A stretch of DNA of 64,000 bases from Candidatus Nomurabacteria bacterium (GTDB taxonomy: Bacteria > Patescibacteriota > Minisyncoccia > Phycocordibacterales > UBA9973): assembly GCA_023898605.1 (NCBI GenBank), contig CP060230.1, positions 321,304 through 385,303 of the forward strand, in the 5' to 3' direction. The notes under the pieces were generated by a model. It made no database searches, was not told where the DNA came from, and saw nothing but the letters and a program-made list of their open reading frames with translations. Positions 19,820-26,892 of this stretch are shown here, piece by piece. The translations under genes were made by a program, and so were the position numbers. Within the stretch, counting starts at the first letter, position 1. Every line of letters starts with the position of its first letter.

Positions 19820-19849
19820 CAATAAATCTGACCGCACCCCGCCACAATT

Positions 19850-19948
19850 TGTCTGGGGAAAATGAGGCGGAGTGCTAATGCGGACTCGCCCGCGCAGACC
19901 CCCCAGACCCCTCCTCCGCGCGGGCTTCACTTTTTGTTTTTTGGACAC
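19850..19948. repeat. Partial copy of the 200-nt repeat family. Contains a GC-rich hairpin plus the left 31-bp inverted repeat of the SDR cassette.
   Basis: CAATTTGTCTGGGG segment; hairpin GCCCGCGC-AGACCCCCCAGACCCCTCCTCC-GCGCGGGC at 19888-19925; GCGCGGGCTTCACTTTTTGTTTTTTGGACAC is inverted at 21231-21261. Confidence 0.6.
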
Positions 19949-20000
19949 AGGCGCAAAACATGAAAAATCACTTTAAAAAATGTTAATATAAGGGCACGAT

Positions 20001-20867
20001 ATGGATTTTCCTAAACAGACAATTTTAATAACTGGCGCAACAGGGGGATTAGGAAAGGTGCTTGCAAGGGAGCTTGCTAATAAAAGCAGTACTTTAATTC
20101 TAACTGCTCGAGAAAAAGAAAAACTTGAGTCTTTAAAAAAAGAACTTGAACCTTTTTATGAAAAAATTATCATTCAGCCAGCAAACCTTTTAGAAGATGA
20201 AGACCGAAGAAAAATTGAAGAATTAGCAAAGGAAACCACTATTCTTATAAATAACGCAGCAATTTTCGGAACAGACATAAAATCAGTTGGCGAACGAGAT
20301 ATAAACGAAGAATCGAATATAAATAAACTAAATGTCCAAGTGCCGGGCCGATTATCATTTTTTGCTCTTTCTAATATGAGAGATAAAAAATACGGAAGAA
20401 TAATAAACGTTGGATCCACTTCTGGTGTATTTAAATACACTGGTAGAAGTTCATACAGCTGTTCAAAAATAGCATTGTTAAGGCAAACTGAAACTGTTAA
20501 CCAAGAAATAATTGAGAGTATTGGTGGTGATTATAAAGATAAAGAAACTGATAAGTATATTGACGTCTTTGCTTTTTATCTAGCCCCAGGTCCAATGGAA
20601 TCAAGTAAAAGCGCTGAAGAAGTAATATTAAAAAGAGCTGAAAGTTTAAACGTATCAAAAGACGAAATGGCAGAAAAATATAAAATGTATGAAAATGCTA
20701 ATACTGGTGAAAAAACAATGCTTGATTCAAAAGCAGTTGTTGAAAAAGTTATCGAAATATTAAAGCCACTAGGGCAACTTGAATATAAACAACGTAAAGA
20801 GATTAATGAGATCATTACAGATTTTCCCCCATACTCTCTTATTAAAAAGACAAAAAGTCAGAAGTAA
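20001..20867 (+). CDS. Short-chain dehydrogenase/reductase (SDR) family oxidoreductase
   Basis: N-terminal TGATGGLG Rossmann motif and a YxxxK-like catalytic region; 288 aa. Confidence 0.7.
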   Translation: MDFPKQTILITGATGGLGKVLARELANKSSTLILTAREKEKLESLKKELEPFYEKIIIQPANLLEDEDRRKIEELAKETTILINNAAIFGTDIKSVGERDINEESNINKLNVQVPGRLSFFALSNMRDKKYGRIINVGSTSGVFKYTGRSSYSCSKIALLRQTETVNQEIIESIGGDYKDKETDKYIDVFAFYLAPGPMESSKSAEEVILKRAESLNVSKDEMAEKYKMYENANTGEKTMLDSKAVVEKVIEILKPLGQLEYKQRKEINEIITDFPPYSLIKKTKSQK

Positions 20868-21230
20868 ATATTTTTTATGTTAAATTTTGAAAAAAAATAA
20901 AATTGAACAGATAAAGAGAGAAGCACAATCAAAAGATGCTCTGTTAGAAGAACTAGAAAACGTCAAATCCTAAGAGTTATTAAAAAATATACTTTTAGAG
21001 CTTATTGAGTTTAAAGAATGGAAATCAGTTATTGAAAATATAGAAAAGTTCTCAATAGATGATCAAAAAGAAGTGGCCATTAAAATAATCGAAAACGGTG
21101 GAGTGGAACATATTGAATTAAATTTGCCAGTGTTTAATTCTCAAATTCAAGGTGAAATTTAAAAAGCTGTCTTAAAAAACCTTGAATCAAAGTGCGTGCT
21201 AAACTCATTAACTTACTTTTGATTGCGTCT

Positions 21231-21415
21231 GTGCCCAAAAAACAAAAAGTGAAGCCCGCGCAGACCCCCCAGACCCCTCCTCCGCGCGGAACACAGCCGA
21301 GGTTTTGCGAATCCGTGTCCCCAGAAAATTGTTTCGCAAAACCGAGTCCATTTTATTAGTTTTAATCATTTGGATTTTGCTCGAAATAGTTTCGAACTTT
21401 GTCTAGTAAGTACCG
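21231..21415. repeat. Copy of the 200-nt repeat family, same orientation as the 52017-52219 copy, including the right 31-bp inverted repeat of the SDR cassette
   Basis: About 85% identical to 52058-52215. Compensatory changes keep both stems paired: GGTTTTGCGAA/TTCGCAAAACC versus GGCAGGGCGAA/TTCGCCCTGCC. Ends on an ACCGCA core at 21407-21411. Confidence 0.65.
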
Positions 21416-21485
21416 CAGTAAGAACTTATTATCGGCGTGACCCACAGGCTTAAGATTGTGGGGCGACCCGAATACATACAATAAA

Positions 21486-21528
21486 ATCAGCCCCATCACG
21501 CCGAAGCATGATGGGGCTGTGACTTTTT
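21486..21528. terminator. Bidirectional terminator hairpin
   Basis: CAGCCCCATCACGCCGAAGCATGATGGGGCTG with T-runs on both sides. Confidence 0.5.
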
Positions 21529-21542
21529 GGTCGCTGAGGCCG

Positions 21543-21887
21543 CTAATCTTCGTATCCTAAGAGTTTGCGCTCCTCAGGGGAAAACTTTGCAACAGCTTTC
21601 TTCTTGATGTCGAGAGCTTCTGCCTCGTCGTCGAAGAGCTTCACCGGATTCTGGTCTTCGATAACGTAACCGATGGTTCCGTCAGTCAACACCAGAGCTT
21701 GCCCTGTCTTGTGCCAGCTTGCGTTCTTTTGTACCCCGGCGAATGCCGATGCGATATTTGGATCCTTGAAGAATCCGAGCGAGCTGGACTTTAGGCCGTC
21801 ATCGTCCACGCGGTAGACCTCGGTCATCTCGACGATCTTGAAATCTCTGAGATCTTTCCCGACCAATTCTTTGATTTTGGTAGCCAT
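21543..21887 (-). CDS. Hypothetical protein; local GC clearly above the surrounding sequence
   Basis: 114-aa ORF in a GC-richer segment (21420-21900) next to the repeat elements. No recognisable motif. Confidence 0.45.
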   Translation of the reverse strand: MATKIKELVGKDLRDFKIVEMTEVYRVDDDGLKSSSLGFFKDPNIASAFAGVQKNASWHKTGQALVLTDGTIGYVIEDQNPVKLFDDEAEALDIKKKAVAKFSPEERKLLGYED

Positions 21888-22095
21888 AATTACCTCCTTT
21901 GTTTAGGTTGACTGTCTGAACGGGATACTACCAGATATATCCCGATAAGTCTAGAATCTAGAGAAAACTGACCTAGACCCGCATACCTATTTCAAGCTCC
22001 AAAAGTCTGCTAAAATGTCCTTATGGGGTCTCGCCAATTTGGTACTGAACCCCACGTGGTCTACGACGGTAAAAAACTGATGCTATACTACCTTA

Positions 22096-22458
22096 ATGGA
22101 AAACTTGACTGACACGATTAAAAAACTAGAACTATCTCTGCTAAAACCAGAAGTTCGGTCTTCAAAAGATATGTTAGACAAACTTATCGCAGATGACTTT
22201 ATTGAATTTGGAACATCGGGAAACAAATACACAAAAAAAGACATTTTGGATAGATTGCCAAATAGTCCAGAAGACGCAAGATACCAGGCAAGCGATTTTT
22301 CTATTGAGATGTCCCCAGAAAATTTTGTAGTTGTAAAATTTAAAACTAAAAAAATAATAAACAAAAAAGAAACAATCTTTTCATCCCGAGTTTCCTACTG
22401 GAGAAAAACTGATTTGGGTTGGCAAATTTTCTACCACAAATCTACTCCTATTATTTAA
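22096..22458 (+). CDS. Hypothetical protein, SnoaL/NTF2-like (DUF4440-like)
   Basis: 120 aa. Starts within a duplicated 26-nt promoter-plus-start motif (see findings). Confidence 0.45.
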   Translation: MENLTDTIKKLELSLLKPEVRSSKDMLDKLIADDFIEFGTSGNKYTKKDILDRLPNSPEDARYQASDFSIEMSPENFVVVKFKTKKIINKKETIFSSRVSYWRKTDLGWQIFYHKSTPII

Positions 22459-22481
22459 TTTGTTGATGCTATACTACCTTA

Positions 22482-23066
22482 ATGGAAAAACCAAAGGTTA
22501 GATTTATATACGCTTATCCTCTAGATGTATCTAGAAGAAACTTAGCAGAAGAAAGAGGTATAGATTATCCTTCTGTAGAAAAAATAATAGAAACAAAAGA
22601 TAACTGGGAGAGGTTATGGGAATCATTCGAAAAAGAAAATAGTGTAATCAATCTTATACAAGAAATTACAAAAAATACTCCAGACAGGAGCCTAGAGTGT
22701 TTTGTTGTAGGCGGCATGATGAGTTCGATGTCTGCCCCGTTTATCGTAACTACACTAAGAAGGGGTGCCGATCGAAGTGATGAAGACTTTATAGATACAA
22801 TGATTCACGAACTTCTTCATATATTTCTATCTAAAAAGAAAAGTTACTTTTCTTTTCTTGGAAATAAATACGAGGCAGAAACAAAACTGACACAAAACCA
22901 TATACCAATATATGCCATGCTAGAAAAAATTTATGAGGAAGTATTTAAATCTAAACCATTAGATTATTCTAGAAATGATATACCGGTTGATTACCAGAAA
23001 GCAGTAGATATAGTAAAAAAGGAGGGTTATAAAAATATATTGGAAGATTATTACCAAAATATATAA
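22482..23066 (+). CDS. Hypothetical protein with an HExxH motif
   Basis: 194 aa containing ...DTMIHELLHIF..., a possible metallopeptidase-like site. Shares the duplicated 26-nt start-region motif. Confidence 0.4.
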   Translation: MEKPKVRFIYAYPLDVSRRNLAEERGIDYPSVEKIIETKDNWERLWESFEKENSVINLIQEITKNTPDRSLECFVVGGMMSSMSAPFIVTTLRRGADRSDEDFIDTMIHELLHIFLSKKKSYFSFLGNKYEAETKLTQNHIPIYAMLEKIYEEVFKSKPLDYSRNDIPVDYQKAVDIVKKEGYKNILEDYYQNI

Positions 23067-23071
23067 TTAAA

Positions 23072-24115
23072 ATGGAAAAAGAATTTGATCAATCTAATAC
23101 AAAAACATGTCCAGCTGGATTAATTGATCTTTTTAATAAAACATATTCTGAAAGATTAGAAAATTGTATACCACTTGAAGCACATGCATCCACAAGAAGA
23201 TATTACATACTAAAATCAAAAAGTTACGAAACATTGGGTGCTACGGGCGATGACCCACAAGAAAACAAGGCCTTTGTAAAACTTGCGAAACATTTAACAA
23301 AAAATGGTGTTAACGTGCCTAGAGTTATTTCACACACCGATGATTATAAATTCTATATACAAGAACTTTGTGATCAAGTAGATTTATTTTCTCTTGTAAC
23401 AAAATATCCAGAAAAACAAATAGAACTTTTAACAAAAGCGATTGATCTTCTTGTAAATTTTCAAAAAAAAGGAACTATTGGATGGGATTATTCTGATTCT
23501 TATCCATTTAAATCTTTTGATTCAAAAGAAATAAATAATAACTTTAAAAGACTAAGTGAATATTTATTGGGAAGCATAAATATAAGTTTCAATAAAAAAA
23601 TCCTTGATGATTTTGAAAAAATCTTAATAAGAGAAATAGAGTCAATACCGAAAAATGAATATGTACTAATGCATAGGGATTTTCAATCTAGAAACATACT
23701 TATAAACAAAGAAATTTATACACTCATAGACTTTCAAGGATCAAGAAGTGGCCCAAAACATTATGATTTGGCATCTTTACTATTCCAGTCTAGAATAAAT
23801 TGGAAAAAAGAAAGTCAGGAATATCTTTTAAATTATTATTTAAATCTTAATAAAGAAATAGACGATCGAGATCTTTTTATTAAAAATTTCTACTTTTTGG
23901 GAGCTGTGAGAATAATACAAGCACTTGGATCATATGGAATAGCAATTTATTTAAACAATAAAAAATCCTTTCTAGCTAGTATAACGCCAGCCTTAAAAAA
24001 CTTAAGGGAAATTACTGAGGTTTTAAATAAAAGATACAAAATAAATACTGATAAAACAGTAGAATTAATAGACGAATTAATAATATTTTTTTCTAAAAAT
24101 GATACATCTATATAG
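23072..24115 (+). CDS. Aminoglycoside phosphotransferase (APH)/choline-kinase-like kinase; possible anomeric sugar kinase, AmgK-like
   Basis: 347 aa with an HRDFQSRNILI catalytic loop (HxDxxxxN) and a downstream IDFQGS (DFG-like) motif. Confidence 0.6.
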   Translation: MEKEFDQSNTKTCPAGLIDLFNKTYSERLENCIPLEAHASTRRYYILKSKSYETLGATGDDPQENKAFVKLAKHLTKNGVNVPRVISHTDDYKFYIQELCDQVDLFSLVTKYPEKQIELLTKAIDLLVNFQKKGTIGWDYSDSYPFKSFDSKEINNNFKRLSEYLLGSINISFNKKILDDFEKILIREIESIPKNEYVLMHRDFQSRNILINKEIYTLIDFQGSRSGPKHYDLASLLFQSRINWKKESQEYLLNYYLNLNKEIDDRDLFIKNFYFLGAVRIIQALGSYGIAIYLNNKKSFLASITPALKNLREITEVLNKRYKINTDKTVELIDELIIFFSKNDTSI

Positions 24116-24488
24116 CTTTTCTTATAAAAAGAGTGCGAGAGTAGAACATGATCCAGAATCATTGCAATATATTTTTGATTGTAGACCTATACTAAACCCA
24201 GGAAGAATACCGGATCTTTTGCCCAAAAATGGAAAAGATAAGGATGTGATAGAATATTTGGAAACAAAAACAAAAATGCCAAAATTTATTGAGTCAATAA
24301 AAGGTATAGTAGAAATAGCCGTTGAAGAATATTTAGAAAAAAAAGAAAGATACAAAGAATTACATATTTATTTTGGTTGTACGGGTGGACAGCATAGATC
24401 TGTTTACTGTGCAGAAAAAATAAAATCTTATATAGAAGAATATTTTAAATTGGAATTATTATTAACCCATAAAGAATTAAAAAGTTAA
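24099..24488 (+). CDS. RapZ/YvcJ C-terminal-domain-like protein
   Basis: 129 aa containing ...IFDCRPILNPGRIPDL... and ...YFGCTGGQHRSVYCAEKI..., resembling the conserved C-terminal region of RapZ-family proteins. Confidence 0.45.
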   Translation: MIHLYSFSYKKSARVEHDPESLQYIFDCRPILNPGRIPDLLPKNGKDKDVIEYLETKTKMPKFIESIKGIVEIAVEEYLEKKERYKELHIYFGCTGGQHRSVYCAEKIKSYIEEYFKLELLLTHKELKS

Positions 24489-24493
24489 AAATT

Positions 24494-25210
24494 ATGAAAT
24501 TAGTTGTATTGGCAGCGGGAAAAGGATCAAGATTTTACCCCATAACAAAAAAAATACCGAAGGGGCTTGTCCCAATATTAGGAAGGCCGATGCTTGAGTA
24601 TGTATTGGCGCCATATATGGATCATATTTCCGAAATAATAATGGTTGTTAATAGTGACCTCGGACACCTTATAAAAAATCATTTTACAAACGAATACAAA
24701 GGAAAACCAATTACGTATATAGTACAACCAAATGAAGGTCCAAAAGGGACTTTTTCTTCTCTAAGTTTATGCAAAGATCATCTGAGTGATAATGATGTTT
24801 TTTGTGTTTCAAACTGCGATGATTTACTCGAGCCAAAACAAATGAAAGAAGCTCTGAAATCAAAAAAGATAGGCCTTGGTGTTACAAAGTCTAAAATGCC
24901 TTGGTACTATCTTGGTATAAAAACTGACAACGGAATAGTAAAAGGTTTTGAAAGATACTCCAAAGAAAATGGTGAATTTATAACAAACGACTTTGCAAAT
25001 GGATTTTATATTTTATCCAAAGGTGTACTTGATTTTAAACCAGTAGAAACAAGAGATGGTGAACATGGTTTGCCGCAAACAATTTTTGAAAATATTAATT
25101 CTTATGAAATGGAAACCCACCAAGTTGATGAGTGGCAGGCAGTAAACGGACCAGATGACCTAGAAAATGCAGAGTTATTTGTGAAAAAACACTTCAGTGG
25201 ATTAAATTAA
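24494..25210 (+). CDS. Sugar-phosphate nucleotidyltransferase (MurU/GlmU-N-like)
   Basis: N-terminal MKLVVLAAGKGSRFYPITKKIPKGLVPILGRPMLEYV, an NTP_transferase signature; 238 aa. Confidence 0.7.
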   Translation: MKLVVLAAGKGSRFYPITKKIPKGLVPILGRPMLEYVLAPYMDHISEIIMVVNSDLGHLIKNHFTNEYKGKPITYIVQPNEGPKGTFSSLSLCKDHLSDNDVFCVSNCDDLLEPKQMKEALKSKKIGLGVTKSKMPWYYLGIKTDNGIVKGFERYSKENGEFITNDFANGFYILSKGVLDFKPVETRDGEHGLPQTIFENINSYEMETHQVDEWQAVNGPDDLENAELFVKKHFSGLN

Positions 25211-25211
25211 A

Positions 25212-26024
25212 ATGGAAAAAGAACCTACCAAAAATAAAATTATAGAAATAGAGCCTCGCGGTTCGTATTTCGAAGTCGATGAAGAAGGATATCTCATAAA
25301 TCCAGCGAGCGAAGAAAAAATCCAAGAAAAATGGCGTCCCGTGATAGATGATGTAGTAGAACTATACAAAGATGCCTATGGTGACAAACTAAAGCAAGTA
25401 TATATAAGAGGCTCTGTTGCAAAGGGTGAAGCAGTAGAAAACGTGTCAGACATAGACACTTTCGCTATTGTAGATTTATCAAAAGAAGACTTGAATGTAG
25501 CAAAAGAAATAAAAGATGCTAGAAAAGAATTAGAGCAAAAATATCCTTTTGTAAACGGTATAGAATTTGAACCAAGGTTAAAATCTAATTTCAATAAAAA
25601 CGATATAATACTTTCTCAATCTCTTTGCATACATGGAGAACCGCTTGAAACACCAAAAAGAAAACCTGGAAAAGAAATGTCTATACATGCAAGCTATATA
25701 AAACAGAATCTAAGCTGGATTAAAAATTTTCTAGAAAAAGATGAGAGTGAAGAAGAAATAAAAAATGCTTGCACTTGGGTCACAAAAGTAATTCTGCGAA
25801 CTGGTTTTGAAATAACAATGGAAAGATCCAAGAGGTATACTCGTGACTTATATAAATGTTACGAAACTTTTAGAGAATACTATCCGGAAAAAGAAGAAGA
25901 GATGCGAGAAGTCCTACACTACGCTCTGAACCCAACAAGTGACAAAGAAAAGATACGAGAAATAGTTGGTGGTATAGGTCAATGGCTCCTAGAAGAGTCC
26001 AAAGAATACTTCGAGGGCAAATAA
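25212..26024 (+). CDS. Nucleotidyltransferase, ANT(3'')/ANT(9)-like (minimal nucleotidyltransferase plus a C-terminal helical domain)
   Basis: hG[GS]...DhD motif in IRGSVAKGEAVENVSDIDTFAIV; 270 aa. Confidence 0.5.
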   Translation: MEKEPTKNKIIEIEPRGSYFEVDEEGYLINPASEEKIQEKWRPVIDDVVELYKDAYGDKLKQVYIRGSVAKGEAVENVSDIDTFAIVDLSKEDLNVAKEIKDARKELEQKYPFVNGIEFEPRLKSNFNKNDIILSQSLCIHGEPLETPKRKPGKEMSIHASYIKQNLSWIKNFLEKDESEEEIKNACTWVTKVILRTGFEITMERSKRYTRDLYKCYETFREYYPEKEEEMREVLHYALNPTSDKEKIREIVGGIGQWLLEESKEYFEGK

Positions 26025-26025
26025 A

Positions 26026-26052
26026 CAAAAAAACCCATATGGGTTTTTTTGT
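26026..26052. terminator. Rho-independent terminator
   Basis: AAACCCATATGGGTTTTTTT. Confidence 0.5.
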
Positions 26053-26076
26053 TGTTCCGTTTCCAGTGCTAAATAA

Positions 26077-26388
26077 TTAATTAATGTTTGAATCTCTTAT
26101 AACCCATACAGGTGAAGCGAGATCCCATCCAACCAAGTCATTACCAAATTTTCTTTTCAGAGAGTCAGAAGTTTTGTCGAAGTACTCATCATAGGCACTT
26201 TCGTGGTCTTTATCTTCAGATAGTTTGTAAGTAAAACCTACCCCCATCTGATCTTTTGATACTTTTCTAATATAGACTTGAAGGTATCTATCGTCTTCAG
26301 AGAAAGATTCTGCAAGCTCTATTAGTTGTTGTTCTGTTATATTACCACCGAACTTCCAAAGTCCCATAGCTACTGTTGTGTTTTTCAT
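26077..26388 (-). CDS. Hypothetical protein
   Basis: 103-aa ORF with clean boundaries and no recognisable motif. Confidence 0.35.
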   Translation of the reverse strand: MKNTTVAMGLWKFGGNITEQQLIELAESFSEDDRYLQVYIRKVSKDQMGVGFTYKLSEDKDHESAYDEYFDKTSDSLKRKFGNDLVGWDLASPVWVIRDSNIN

Positions 26389-26528
26389 AATTGTGAAAGT
26401 AAATTAAAGTTAATAAAAGGAAAGGAACTTTAATATTATACCATATAATAATTACTCTTGTCAAATATATAAAACCCCCTATTTTCTTCAACTTGTACTA
26501 TTTCCCTATTTATTAGATAATAGAAACT

Positions 26529-26888
26529 ATGAGTAAAGTACTTATCGTAGAAGACGACGCATTCCTACAAGGAATCATGGCTACCAAGCTTTCAAAAGAA
26601 GGTTTTGTTATCGTCACAGCAGACTCTGCCGAAGAAGGCAAAAACAAGCTAGAAGAAAGTCCAGACATCATAATCCTAGACCTACTCCTGCCAGAAGGAG
26701 ATGGTTTCCAAGTCATGGAGGTTATGAGAGAGAAAGGCATGAAAACTCCTGTTATCGTCTTCTCCAACCTAAACACAGAAAAAGATTTCAAGAGAGCACA
26801 AGAATTCGACATGATGCGTGAGTATATGGTCAAGAGTAACTTCACACTAGAAGAATTGATCGAGAAAATGCACGCTATCTTGGGATAA
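26529..26888 (+). CDS. Response regulator receiver-domain protein (CheY-like, single domain)
   Basis: VLIVEDD...DIIILDLLLPEGDG...K: phospho-acceptor Asp and Lys pattern; 119 aa. Confidence 0.75.
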   Translation: MSKVLIVEDDAFLQGIMATKLSKEGFVIVTADSAEEGKNKLEESPDIIILDLLLPEGDGFQVMEVMREKGMKTPVIVFSNLNTEKDFKRAQEFDMMREYMVKSNFTLEELIEKMHAILG

Positions 26889-26892
26889 CTTC

